NCBI GenBank assembly: GCA_018830005.1
Contig: JAHJTE010000001.1
Span: forward strand, 1,332 to 65,331
Direction of reading: 5' to 3'
DNA: 64,000 nt
Origin: Candidatus Omnitrophota bacterium
GTDB lineage: Bacteria; Omnitrophota; Gorgyraeia; JAHJTE01
The notes under the pieces were generated by a model, which had not been told where the DNA came from, made no database searches, and was given only the letters and a program-made list of their open reading frames with translations. Shown here one piece after another: positions 28,688-41,291 of this stretch (position 1 is the first letter of the stretch; each line of letters opens with the position of its first letter). The position numbers and the translations under genes were made by a program.

Positions 28688-29128
28688 TCACTGCTGCCTA
28701 TTTCTTAACTTGGTATTCTTATTGCTCAGCTTAGAAAGAGACAAAGCTAACTCTGCCAACTTCATTTTATCTGGCTGGCGGAATTTTTGCTTAACCTCGA
28801 ACATTTGTCTCCAAATCTTATAGGACTTAAGCTTTTTACCAAATAAAGGAAAATTATCAAAATGCTCGACGACCTTCTCTAGTTCCGAAACTCTTGTAAC
28901 CCTATAATAAACAGCTGGATTAGTCAACCCACTGTATTTTCTAGGGGGCGTTGCTTTTACATCGTAAATTGTACCGACGCCAAAGAATTCTTGGATCTGA
29001 AGGATTAAATCTTTGTCTTCCTCATTTAACTTAATTGCAAAATACAGATTTAATCTATCTCCGTGGCGACTGTATGTAAAAGCAGCTTCTCCTTCACAAA
29101 ATCCCGTTATAAACCAAGGGGTTAGCAT
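28688..29128 (-). CDS. Free-standing single-motif LAGLIDADG homing endonuclease (I-CreI-like)
   Basis: 146 aa; WFITGFCEGEAAFTY corresponds to the LAGFVDGDGSI block, and ILQIQEFFGVGTIYD to the I-CreI xxIGVGYVxD block. Not embedded in an intron or intein. Confidence 0.6.
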   Translation of the reverse strand: MLTPWFITGFCEGEAAFTYSRHGDRLNLYFAIKLNEEDKDLILQIQEFFGVGTIYDVKATPPRKYSGLTNPAVYYRVTRVSELEKVVEHFDNFPLFGKKLKSYKIWRQMFEVKQKFRQPDKMKLAELALSLSKLSNKNTKLRNRQQ

Positions 29129-29258
29129 TTATCAAAAAATCTATTCAAAATATGTTTCACATGAAAATGTTTCCACTGGAACATTTTCACATGAAACGTC
29201 TATCTCATTGTACATCTATATTAACAAAGTTATCAAATCGGGTCAAGTAAAATTACTC

Positions 29259-29438
29259 TTATTTCTTAACTATGGTCACCCGTACCCGCGCAGGCTTTCC
29301 GCCTTTCATGCCAAAAAGGCCCTTTTTCTCCTCAGAAAGGATCTGAATCTTAGCATCCTTGCGGGAGACCTTGAGTATTTTTAAGGCCTTCTTAATGGCT
29401 GCTTCGGGAGTTTTGTCTTCTATTTCAATGCTTTCCAT
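29259..29438 (-). CDS. Jag/KhpB N-terminal-domain-only small protein (59 aa); a truncated jag downstream of yidC
   Basis: MESIEIEDKTPEAAIKKALKILKVSRKDAKIQILSEEKKGLFGMKGGKPARVRVTIVKK matches the Jag_N pattern (TVEEAI..AL..L......V.S.EKKGF.G..GKKPA.V). KH and R3H domains are absent. Below the ORF-track cutoff. Confidence 0.5.
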   Translation of the reverse strand: MESIEIEDKTPEAAIKKALKILKVSRKDAKIQILSEEKKGLFGMKGGKPARVRVTIVKK

Positions 29439-30976
29439 TGACTCGCCATCATTAATAAGCTGTTAGTGAACCAATACAACACCAAGCCAGAGGGCATATT
29501 ATAAAATATAAAACCAAATACAATAGGCATGACCCAGAGCATCATCTTTTGCTGTTCACTTTGCGTGCCAGAGACATTACGCATGGACATTTTCTGCTGG
29601 AAGAACATTCCTACCATCATCAAAATCGGCAGCAGATTAATATCCATTCCGCCTAAACCTCCGGGGATAAACCGATCAGGCGCTGAAAGGTCTTTTATCC
29701 ATAAAAAACCCGCACCTTTAAGTTCAATGGCTCGAGATAAGGCCTGGAATAATGAGAAAAACACAGGAATCTGGAATATTACAGGAAAGCATCCTCCTAG
29801 TGGATTGGCCTTGTGTGCCTTGTATAATTCCATTATTTCCTTATTAAGTCTTTGCGGGTTGTCCTTATATTGGCTTTTCAATGCCTCCATTTCAGGTTGT
29901 AAGGCCTGCATTGTCTTCATTGAGCGCATCTGCTTTATTGTCAATGGGTAAAGGCAAATATAAATTAATATTGTCAAAATTATGATGGAAAGACCCCAGC
30001 TCTTAACTACATTGTGTATAGATAATAATGCTCTTAATAAGAACTTAACTATTGCATCCAACTTGCCAAAATTGCGTATCTTTTCGAAATCTGCACCACT
30101 TGCAACTAATAATTTGTCAATCTGAGGCCCAGCGTAGTACAAAAACCCGTCTTTAACTTCTTCACCAGGCTGAATAGCTTGATTCTTACGATACACCTTA
30201 ATTATGTCATTGCCATCTGTTGTCTTGGCTATGTCAATTGATTCAAATGCTGAAGAAGTAGGATGGAGGATATATGCGAAATACTTATCACGCAAGCCTA
30301 CCCACCTGAACGCTTGTTTGAACTCTTTATTAGTGCCTTTTCTAATACGTAAGTTATTGTGCCGCAAAATGTTATCTTCATCAATCATGATTGTGGTATC
30401 TTTATACCGCTCATCTATTGAAGACTTTGACGGCGAGAATTCAGAAAATATTGTGTAGTAACTATCTGTGTTATAAGGAGTTAGGTTACGAATCGTTAAA
30501 TAAAACTCAAGGTAATAACCACCTTCTGAAAATTTATACTCCTTAGTGATTTCTTTTTGTTCATCCTGATAAGTAAAGATAATAGCGTCTTGCCTCTTGC
30601 GATGGGAAAATTCCAAATCCGACCATTCCTGTGTGGCAACTAACGCATTGGAAGGAACATCAAAATCATACTGTTTAAATTTAATAGAAACAAGATTGCC
30701 GCCAAAAGGAGAAAATCCGAAAATCACAGCTTCTGTTTCTAAGGAAATTGGGGTATATTCAAGAGCAGGAATCTGCTGTGGTGCTGGCGACTCTGGCTTA
30801 GGATATGCTTTAAATTTGGGAACAGAGGTTACTGGTACTGAATCTACACCTCCGGCCAAATCATCTGTAACTTCTTTATTTTCAATAGGATAGTACTTTG
30901 ATGACAGAGAAGAATAGACAATTATAATTAAAATAGATAACACTACAGCAATAACTGTTCTTTTTTGCAAGTCCAT
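29420..30976 (-). CDS. yidC: Membrane protein insertase YidC
   Basis: 518 aa; a periplasmic domain plus a C-terminal 5-TM insertase core (PLGGCFPVIFQIPVFFSLF). Confidence 0.9.
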   Translation of the reverse strand: MDLQKRTVIAVVLSILIIIVYSSLSSKYYPIENKEVTDDLAGGVDSVPVTSVPKFKAYPKPESPAPQQIPALEYTPISLETEAVIFGFSPFGGNLVSIKFKQYDFDVPSNALVATQEWSDLEFSHRKRQDAIIFTYQDEQKEITKEYKFSEGGYYLEFYLTIRNLTPYNTDSYYTIFSEFSPSKSSIDERYKDTTIMIDEDNILRHNNLRIRKGTNKEFKQAFRWVGLRDKYFAYILHPTSSAFESIDIAKTTDGNDIIKVYRKNQAIQPGEEVKDGFLYYAGPQIDKLLVASGADFEKIRNFGKLDAIVKFLLRALLSIHNVVKSWGLSIIILTILIYICLYPLTIKQMRSMKTMQALQPEMEALKSQYKDNPQRLNKEIMELYKAHKANPLGGCFPVIFQIPVFFSLFQALSRAIELKGAGFLWIKDLSAPDRFIPGGLGGMDINLLPILMMVGMFFQQKMSMRNVSGTQSEQQKMMLWVMPIVFGFIFYNMPSGLVLYWFTNSLLMMASQWKALK

Positions 30977-30983
30977 TATAGCC

Positions 30984-31196
30984 TCACTTCACAGGGTCAA
31001 ATCCGCCTCGGGAGAACCCTTGGCAACGTAATAGGCGCCAAAAGCTCATGATCAGACCACGAAACACGCCATGTTTTATTAAAGCATGTGTGGCAAACTC
31101 TGAACAGCTTGGCGAAAAACGGCAGGTAGGGAAAGGAGAGAGCACGCGGGAGATTTTTTGGTAAAGCTTTATAATCCAGACTAAGATTTTGCTCAT
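30984..31196 (-). CDS. yidD: Membrane protein insertion efficiency factor YidD
   Basis: 70 aa; [11 protein letters not shown] motif. Confidence 0.85.
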   Translation of the reverse strand: MSKILVWIIKLYQKISRVLSPFPTCRFSPSCSEFATHALIKHGVFRGLIMSFWRLLRCQGFSRGGFDPVK

Positions 31197-31198
31197 TT

Positions 31199-31336
31199 TT
31201 ATTTACTAAGACGGTGCCTGCCTTTGGCACGCCGTCTTTTTAAGATTTTTTTCCCTCCAACAGATTTCATTCTCCGACGAAAACCGTGCCTTCTTTTCCC
31301 TTTTATAAGCGTTGGGGTCTTAAGATGCTTTTTCAT
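31199..31336 (-). CDS. rpmH: 50S ribosomal protein L34
   Basis: 45 aa [45 protein letters not shown], translated manually from the reverse strand. Below the ORF-track cutoff. Confidence 0.85.
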   Translation of the reverse strand: MKKHLKTPTLIKGKRRHGFRRRMKSVGGKKILKRRRAKGRHRLSK

Positions 31337-31560
31337 AGGTTTGTAATTATATCATAACGCTTCTTTTAGTCAAGTAAAATTGCCTGATTAAAAATTTTTC
31401 TTGCAAAAATAGTTTCCTCTGTTATAATAACTCCCTGTTATCATATCTTGAAGGATAAAATATAACAACCTGAGATTGCCTTTCCTGTTGATAAGCTGTG
31501 GATACTGTGTAAAACTCTTCGTATCTCTGTTAATAATATACGTTTTGCATCAAACTTCTC
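31337..31560. promoter_or_regulatory. Probable oriC / dnaA promoter region at the rpmH-dnaA divergence
   Basis: rpmH and dnaA diverge here and the gene-strand bias switches at this point. The region is AT-rich with a DnaA-box-like TGTGGATAC at 31497-31505 and TTATCA variants. Confidence 0.4.
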
Positions 31561-32901
31561 TTGTCTATGGACAGTAATAAAGTCTGGGCATCTGCCTTAA
31601 AAAACATTGAAAACGTTGTTGGTCAAACCGCCATAGAAACCTGGTTTGCGCCGATACAAGCTAAGTTGCTCGAGAACAAATTCATCCTAGAAGTGCCTGA
31701 TGAGTTCTTTAAGGATTGGGTAATACAGCATTATCTTAAATTGATTAAAAGCGCTTTGGAAGAAGTAGTCCCTGATTTTCCTCACGATATACAGGTGCGT
31801 GTCAATGCGCTTATCTACAAGAGCCGGGAGCAATCGCGTCTTGCTGATTTTACCCAGAGGGTCCAACCACGTCAAATAACTACCCTAAATCTGAACAGTC
31901 GTTTTACCTTTGATCAGTTTGTTATTGGCTCATCCAATAGGTTTGCCCATGCAGCCAGCCTTGCGGTGGCTGAATCTCCTGCCAAGGCCTATAATCCGTT
32001 TTTTATATATGGAGGGGTGGGCCTAGGCAAGACCCATCTTATGCAGGCCATTGCCCATTTCATTCTAAAAAAGCGCAATGACGCAAAGATCACCTATATC
32101 CCTAGCGAAAAATTCACCAATGAACTCATCGGCGCTATTCAGCATCGTTCCACGTCACAATTTCGTACTAAATACCGCAATGTTGATGTGTTGTTAATAG
32201 ATGATATCCAATTCATCGCTGGTAAAGAATCTACACAAGAAGAGTTTTTTCATACCTTTAATGAATTATATGATCACCATAAACAGATCGTTCTCTCCTC
32301 GGATAGGCCGCCACGAGAAATAGCCAACCTGGAAGAAAGACTTATCTCCCGATTCCAATGGGGATTGATTACGGATATTCAACCGCCAAATTTTGAAACG
32401 CGCATTGCTATTCTAAAGAAAAAAATCGAACATGAACCAGTGCAGGTTCCGGAAGATGTCGTCTATTTTATCGCTGATTTAATAAAGACCAATATTCGGG
32501 AATTAGAAGGGGCCCTGATCCGTGTCATTGCCTATTCGCTGCTTGAGGAAAAAACAATATCCTTGAATCTAGCTCAAGACGTATTACGAGACATGTTAAC
32601 CGAGTCTGCCAAAATCATTACAATCGAGCGCATACAGAAAGAGGTAGCCGGCATGTTTAATGTAACGGTTAATGAGGTGCGCTCGAAACGCCGCACTAAA
32701 AATATTATTTTACCTCGACAGATTGCCATGTATCTTGCAAGAGAGTTAACGACTCAATCTTTGCCGGAAATCGGCGAGGCCTTTGGAGGAAAAAACCACA
32801 CTACAGTACTCTATGCCTGCAAGAAGATAAAAAAAGAAATTAACAACAATAAACAGGTAAGTAATTTTGTAAGTAGTATCTTAAAAAATATTAAACAATA
32901 A
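31561..32901 (+). CDS. dnaA: Chromosomal replication initiator DnaA
   Basis: 446 aa; AAA+ motifs GGVGLGKTHL and LLIDDIQF, and a C-terminal DnaA-box-binding domain. Confidence 0.95.
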   Translation: MSMDSNKVWASALKNIENVVGQTAIETWFAPIQAKLLENKFILEVPDEFFKDWVIQHYLKLIKSALEEVVPDFPHDIQVRVNALIYKSREQSRLADFTQRVQPRQITTLNLNSRFTFDQFVIGSSNRFAHAASLAVAESPAKAYNPFFIYGGVGLGKTHLMQAIAHFILKKRNDAKITYIPSEKFTNELIGAIQHRSTSQFRTKYRNVDVLLIDDIQFIAGKESTQEEFFHTFNELYDHHKQIVLSSDRPPREIANLEERLISRFQWGLITDIQPPNFETRIAILKKKIEHEPVQVPEDVVYFIADLIKTNIRELEGALIRVIAYSLLEEKTISLNLAQDVLRDMLTESAKIITIERIQKEVAGMFNVTVNEVRSKRRTKNIILPRQIAMYLARELTTQSLPEIGEAFGGKNHTTVLYACKKIKKEINNNKQVSNFVSSILKNIKQ

Positions 32902-33055
32902 CCACCAAGTTATGAACACGTTAAGAATAACATATCTAGATGTTTTATAAACAACAAGGGTTTGATATAATTGATGTTATGGTAAAAAGACCCGTTGAAT
33001 CAGCCTTACTTACTACTACTACTATTTTTAATACTTATATAATAACTACAAGAGG

Positions 33056-34156
33056 TTGTTAATGAAAATCTGTGTAAACAAAGAAATCTTTTTAGAAACG
33101 ATATCAAAAGTAACTAATGTCATAAATCCAAGAAGCAATCTGCCTATTCTATCCAATGTTCTTGTAGAAGCTGTAGGTTCTAAGATGAAGTTAACTGCTA
33201 CAGATTTAGACATAGGGATAACAACGCAAATTCAAACAACAGTAAATGAACCCGGAGCAATAACCATACCTGCTAAAAGGTTTTTTGAGATTATTAAAGA
33301 ACTACCAGAGGGCGATATCCGCATTGTTGTCAAGAAAAACAACTCAATCCACATCGAAAGCAATGATTGCTTCTTTAAACTTATGGGCTTGCCCAAAGAA
33401 GAGTTTCCCAAACTGCCGGATTTTAAAAATAAAGATGTTTTAAAATTCAATCAAGCAACACTACTTTCAATGTTGGAATTGACTTCATTTGCTGTTTCTC
33501 ATGATGAAACCCGTTATGTTTTAAATGGAATTCTATTTGAAACAAACGGGCAGAATTTAACATTGGTAGCTACGGACGGAAGAAGATTAGCCCTTATTTC
33601 TAAAGATATAATTTCTAAAGGGCCCGGCAAAAACGAACATTTCATTGTTCCAACAAAAGCAATCCAGGAGTTAATGCGCGCGCTACGCCAGAGCGAAGAA
33701 GATGTAAATTTTGTACTAACCGAAAACCAGGCCCTTTTTGAAATTGGAAACACCTCGATTGTTTCGCGTTTAATTGAGGGAGGATTTCCTAATTATAAAC
33801 AGGTTATACCAGTTGATAATCCCTATAATGCTCGCCTAGAGCGTCTAGTGTTCTTATCTGCCCTGAGGCGGGCTAGTCTCTTGACCACAACCGATTATCA
33901 GACAGTTAGGCTGGAATTGTTCAAAGATAAGATGGTAATCTCTAAATCCACCCCTGATGTAGGAGAGTCTCGGGAAGAAATCCCGATGCAATACCAGGGT
34001 AAAGAGATGGTAATAGGATTTAACCCCTATTATCTTGTTGAGGTATTAAAGAATTTAAGGGTACCAGAGGTTTGCTTAGAATTTAGCGATCCAGAAAAAC
34101 CAGCGCTTTTAAAAGAAGGGGACTATCTATACGTTGTGTTGCCGATGAGAATCTAA
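33056..34156 (+). CDS. dnaN: DNA polymerase III beta sliding clamp
   Basis: 366 aa; three-domain clamp, MKICVNKEIFLETISKV N-terminus. Confidence 0.9.
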   Translation: MLMKICVNKEIFLETISKVTNVINPRSNLPILSNVLVEAVGSKMKLTATDLDIGITTQIQTTVNEPGAITIPAKRFFEIIKELPEGDIRIVVKKNNSIHIESNDCFFKLMGLPKEEFPKLPDFKNKDVLKFNQATLLSMLELTSFAVSHDETRYVLNGILFETNGQNLTLVATDGRRLALISKDIISKGPGKNEHFIVPTKAIQELMRALRQSEEDVNFVLTENQALFEIGNTSIVSRLIEGGFPNYKQVIPVDNPYNARLERLVFLSALRRASLLTTTDYQTVRLELFKDKMVISKSTPDVGESREEIPMQYQGKEMVIGFNPYYLVEVLKNLRVPEVCLEFSDPEKPALLKEGDYLYVVLPMRI

Positions 34157-34166
34157 AGACATAAAT

Positions 34167-37303
<3,137 letters not shown>

Positions 37304-37314
37304 GCGAGGAGTAA

Positions 37315-40300
37315 ATGTATACAAAGGGTGAAAAGGTAGTTCCGGTTTATATTGAAGAGGAAATGAAGGATTCCTACATTTCCTACGCAATGAGCGTGAT
37401 TGTTGGCAGGGCCCTGCCTGATGTGCGCGATGGCCTAAAGCCCGTACATCGACGCATTCTATATACGATGCATGAGCTGAATCTTAGGCACAACCAACCC
37501 TTTAAAAAATCAGCCAGAATCGTTGGGGATTGCTTGGGAAAATATCATCCTCACGGAGATACGGCAGTATATGACGCCCTAGTAAGAATGGTGCAGGATT
37601 TTTCTCTGCGCTATCCTTTGATAGATGGCCAGGGGAATTTTGGTTCGGTTGACGGCGATGCTCCAGCGGCGATGCGATATTGCATTAGTGGTGACACATT
37701 AATTGTCACAGATAAAGGGTTGCAGAGGATAGAGAAGATTCCCCATCATTCAGAAGTTTCTTTTTATGCACTTTCAGCAAATAATAAGATAAATCATGTT
37801 TCAAAATGGTTTGATTCTGGTGAGCATCCAACAATAAGAATACAAACCCACAGAGGTTTTAGCCTATGCGGCAGCTATAATCATCCTATTCTTGTCTGGC
37901 AAAGCAAAGAAAGAAGAGCGTGTTTTAAGTGGAGATTGCTGAAAGAGTTGCAAGAAGGTGACTATGCAGTAATAAGTAGGAGTGATGCGCTCTTTCCTAA
38001 AAAAGAGACATCTTTAAAGCCTTTTTACCCAAAGGTCAACAAAAGATGCAAGATTCATAAGCTTCCACGATTTATGAATAGGGATTTTGCTTTGATTTTG
38101 GGGGCGATAGTTGCTGAGGGTAATATTGGTAAGGAGCATATCGGATTTTGTAATAACGATGAGCTATTTATTGAGCAATTTAAAAGCAGCTTTAAAAGAG
38201 TATTCCCTGATTGTAAGCTTCACGAATTTGTGCGAAAACCACAAGGTTACACCAAAAAACAATACATGTCTTTAGAAATTCACTCTAAGCAAGTAATAGA
38301 ATTTTTGAAAAATCTCGGCCTAACACCAGGTAGAGCTAAAGATAGGAGAGTTCCGGATATCATTTTTCAGTCCAAGAAAGATTCAGTCGCTTCTTTTGTT
38401 CGTGGTTATGCAGAAGGAGATGGTAGCGTTTGCATATCATCTTCTTTGAGCAATCTAGAAGTAACTTTTATTTCCGCTAGCAAAAAACTTATGCAAGAAC
38501 TCCAAATTTTATTATTGAGATTTGGGATCGATTCTTCATATAGGTTGCAGAGGTCACGCAATGTGTTTAAGCTTTTTATTAGAAGCCACGACAACCTCAA
38601 TCTATTTAAAAATAATATAGGTTTTATATCGCGCAGAAAGCGCAAGAAACTACAAGAGATCTCTGGCCGCAATAGCAATAGCTGGGTTATGTCTAAGATG
38701 GACTTTATCCCCTATTTGTCTAATTACATCCGCACAAGCAATAAATACAAGGCCAAGTATAGAGGCCACGGGGAATTTTTGATTAAACACAACATCGATA
38801 GGTATACGAAAATAGAGCGACATTGGAAGAAGCTCAAAGAAGTGCTTGATAAGGAAGATATGCAGCTGTACGCAACATTGAGAGGGAACAAATACATTTT
38901 TGATAAAATTACCTCGGTTAAAGAAAGCGGGGTAAACAGGGTCTATTCAATAAAAGTAGATAGTCCCTGCCACTCATTCGTATCAAATGGATTTATAAGT
39001 CATAATACTGAGGCACGTATGGCTTCCATTTCCTTCGAGATGCTAGCAGACATCGAAAAGGATACAGTAAATTTTGCTCCTAATTTTGATGCTTCTTTGC
39101 AGGAGCCAATATTATTACCTGCAGCTATTCCTAACCTATTAATTAATGGTTCAAGCGGCATAGCCGTAGGCATGGCAACTAACATCCCGCCACATAACTT
39201 AGGTGAAGTTATTGACGGTTTAAGTTATTTAATTGATAAACCCGACTGTGAACTCAAGGCATTGATGAAGATTATTAAAGGGCCAGATTTTCCAACAGGC
39301 GGAATAATCTGCGGTAGGAACAGCATAAAGGACGCCTATTCTAAAGGCAGGGGTAAACTTACGGTCCGCGCCCGAGCTCAGATTGAAAAATCCAAAGGCT
39401 CTAAAGAGGCGATTGTTGTGACTGAGCTTCCTTACCAGGTGAATAAATCCAACCTTATCGCTTCTGTGGCTTCATTGGTAACAGACAAAAAGGTCGAGGG
39501 GATAAGTGATATTCGCGATGAATCTGATAAAGATGGAATGCGCATTGTTATAGATTTAAAACGTGATGCTGAATCTAAGGTCATACTCAATCAATTATTT
39601 AAGCACACAGATTTAGAGACTACTTTCGGCATTATCTTGCTTGCCTTGGTAGACAGCCGACCGCGTATATTAAACCTTAAGAGTATCCTGCATTATTTTA
39701 TTGTTCACAGAAAAGAAATAATTAAAAGACGTACACAATTTGAGCTGGATAAGGCATTAAAGAGAGCGCATATTTTAGAAGGTTTAAAGATTGCCCTGAA
39801 GTTTTTAGACAGGGTTATCAAAACCATAAAGCAATCAAAGAGCGTGCCTGATGCCAAGGCAGCATTAATGAAGAACTTTAAACTATCAGATGTGCAGGCA
39901 CAGGCGATTTTAGAAATGCAATTGCAGCGGCTCACGGCCCTAGAAAGAAGCAAGCTGGAAAATGAATATTTAGAGTTGATTAAGCGCATAGAACTGTTGC
40001 GTTCAATCCTTGCTTCGGAAAAAAAGATAGAGATGATCATTAAAGAAGAGCTGGATGCTTTAAAGAAAAAATATGCGGATGAGCGCCGTACAGATATAGT
40101 GGGTGAAGTTCAGGAACTAGAGATAGAAGATCTGATAGCTGAAGAAGATGTGGTGATCACTATAAGTCATACTGGTTACATCAAGAGATTGCCGGTGTCA
40201 GCCTATCGCAAACACCACCGGGGAGGAAAAGGAGTTACAGGGGCCGAGATGAAGGATGAGGATCTCATAGAGCATCTTTTTATTGCCTCTACGCATGAGT

Positions 40301-41070
40301 ATATTCTATTTTTCACGGATACAGGAAGGGTATTGTGGTTAAGGGTTCATGAGATCCCTCAGGCAGGCCGCGCCTCAAAGGGCAAGGCAATTGTGAATCT
40401 TCTGCAGCTTGGCAGCGGAGAAAATATCAGCGCTTGCATACCAGTGAAAGAGTTTCATGAGGATGCCTTTCTGGTTATGGCTACCAAGAATGGCCTGATT
40501 AAAAAGACAAGACTAGACGCCTTTAGCAACCCACGCAAGGGCGGCATTATTGGTTTGAGTTTGGAAAAAGGCGACAGCTTGATTAGCGTAAAGATGACTG
40601 ATGGTAACAGTGAGATTCTTTTGGCCACGGCTCAAGGTAAGGCTATAAGATTTGTGGAAAAGCAGGTGCGGGAAATGGGAAGGGCTGCCAAAGGAGTAAA
40701 AGGGATTTCGCTTGCCAAAAAGGATTTGGTTATTGCCATGGAGATTCCTGCTAAGGAGTGTACTTTTCTTACGGTGACCGAGCGCGGATTTGCAAAAAGG
40801 ACTCAGGCTTCAGAGTACCGTTTACAATCAAGGGGCGGCAAGGGAATTATTAATATAAGGGTAACAAGTAAAAACGGGCCTGCTGTTAATTTGTTATCAG
40901 TGCGCGATAAAGATGAGATCATGGCAATTACACAGAACGCCATGATTGTGCGCTGTGCAGTAAAGGATATCCGCAGCACCGGACGCTCTGCTCAAGGCGT
41001 GCGTTTAATCAAGTTAGGCGCTAAGGATAAAGTCGCCTGCATGGCACACGTAGTTAAGCAGGAAGAATAA
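37315..41070 (+). CDS. gyrA: DNA gyrase subunit A, interrupted by a 442-aa intein at the catalytic Tyr
   Basis: 1251 aa; exteins ...[10 protein letters not shown] | [13 protein letters not shown]...; intervening block CISGDTLIV...FISHN. Confidence 0.9.
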   Translation: MYTKGEKVVPVYIEEEMKDSYISYAMSVIVGRALPDVRDGLKPVHRRILYTMHELNLRHNQPFKKSARIVGDCLGKYHPHGDTAVYDALVRMVQDFSLRYPLIDGQGNFGSVDGDAPAAMRYCISGDTLIVTDKGLQRIEKIPHHSEVSFYALSANNKINHVSKWFDSGEHPTIRIQTHRGFSLCGSYNHPILVWQSKERRACFKWRLLKELQEGDYAVISRSDALFPKKETSLKPFYPKVNKRCKIHKLPRFMNRDFALILGAIVAEGNIGKEHIGFCNNDELFIEQFKSSFKRVFPDCKLHEFVRKPQGYTKKQYMSLEIHSKQVIEFLKNLGLTPGRAKDRRVPDIIFQSKKDSVASFVRGYAEGDGSVCISSSLSNLEVTFISASKKLMQELQILLLRFGIDSSYRLQRSRNVFKLFIRSHDNLNLFKNNIGFISRRKRKKLQEISGRNSNSWVMSKMDFIPYLSNYIRTSNKYKAKYRGHGEFLIKHNIDRYTKIERHWKKLKEVLDKEDMQLYATLRGNKYIFDKITSVKESGVNRVYSIKVDSPCHSFVSNGFISHNTEARMASISFEMLADIEKDTVNFAPNFDASLQEPILLPAAIPNLLINGSSGIAVGMATNIPPHNLGEVIDGLSYLIDKPDCELKALMKIIKGPDFPTGGIICGRNSIKDAYSKGRGKLTVRARAQIEKSKGSKEAIVVTELPYQVNKSNLIASVASLVTDKKVEGISDIRDESDKDGMRIVIDLKRDAESKVILNQLFKHTDLETTFGIILLALVDSRPRILNLKSILHYFIVHRKEIIKRRTQFELDKALKRAHILEGLKIALKFLDRVIKTIKQSKSVPDAKAALMKNFKLSDVQAQAILEMQLQRLTALERSKLENEYLELIKRIELLRSILASEKKIEMIIKEELDALKKKYADERRTDIVGEVQELEIEDLIAEEDVVITISHTGYIKRLPVSAYRKHHRGGKGVTGAEMKDEDLIEHLFIASTHEYILFFTDTGRVLWLRVHEIPQAGRASKGKAIVNLLQLGSGENISACIPVKEFHEDAFLVMATKNGLIKKTRLDAFSNPRKGGIIGLSLEKGDSLISVKMTDGNSEILLATAQGKAIRFVEKQVREMGRAAKGVKGISLAKKDLVIAMEIPAKECTFLTVTERGFAKRTQASEYRLQSRGGKGIINIRVTSKNGPAVNLLSVRDKDEIMAITQNAMIVRCAVKDIRSTGRSAQGVRLIKLGAKDKVACMAHVVKQEE
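37681..39006 (+). mobile_element. GyrA intein carrying a LAGLIDADG homing-endonuclease domain
   Basis: Same insertion site as the Mxe GyrA intein (RY^CI...HN^TEA). LAGLIDADG motifs [12 protein letters not shown] and [12 protein letters not shown]. Terminal HN, +1 Thr. Confidence 0.85.
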
Positions 41071-41102
41071 ACAAAAGCGCAAAGCTAAAAATTAACTTAC
41101 TC

Positions 41103-41176
41103 GACCCCATCGTCTAGCCTGGTCAGGACAAGAGCTTTTCAAGCTCTCGACACCGGTTCAAATCCGGTTGGGGTCG
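41103..41176 (+). tRNA. tRNA-Glu (anticodon TTC)
   Basis: GACCCCATCGTCTAGCCTGGTCAGGACAAGAGCTTTTCAAGCTCTCGACACCGGTTCAAATCCGGTTGGGGTCG. Confidence 0.85.
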
Positions 41177-41291
41177 CTTTTTATTAAAAGCGTTAAGTCC
41201 ACTTAAGGCGGATTTCGCTAGAGGTATTCAGGCCACCTTTGGTGGATGCCACTAAAGTGCTCGCCATAGGCGAGCAAAATTAAGGTGTTCC

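Noticed and set aside
29013-29384. 123-aa plus-strand ORF
   Set aside because: It is antisense to the LAGLIDADG gene and the Jag_N ORF and spans the palindromic intergenic element. It has low-complexity Ser/Leu/Tyr-rich composition.
30997-31230. 77-aa alternate-frame ORF over yidD/rpmH, considered as a possible rnpA
   Set aside because: It is too short, lacks the RnpA RNR motif, and overlaps the well-supported yidD and rpmH frames.
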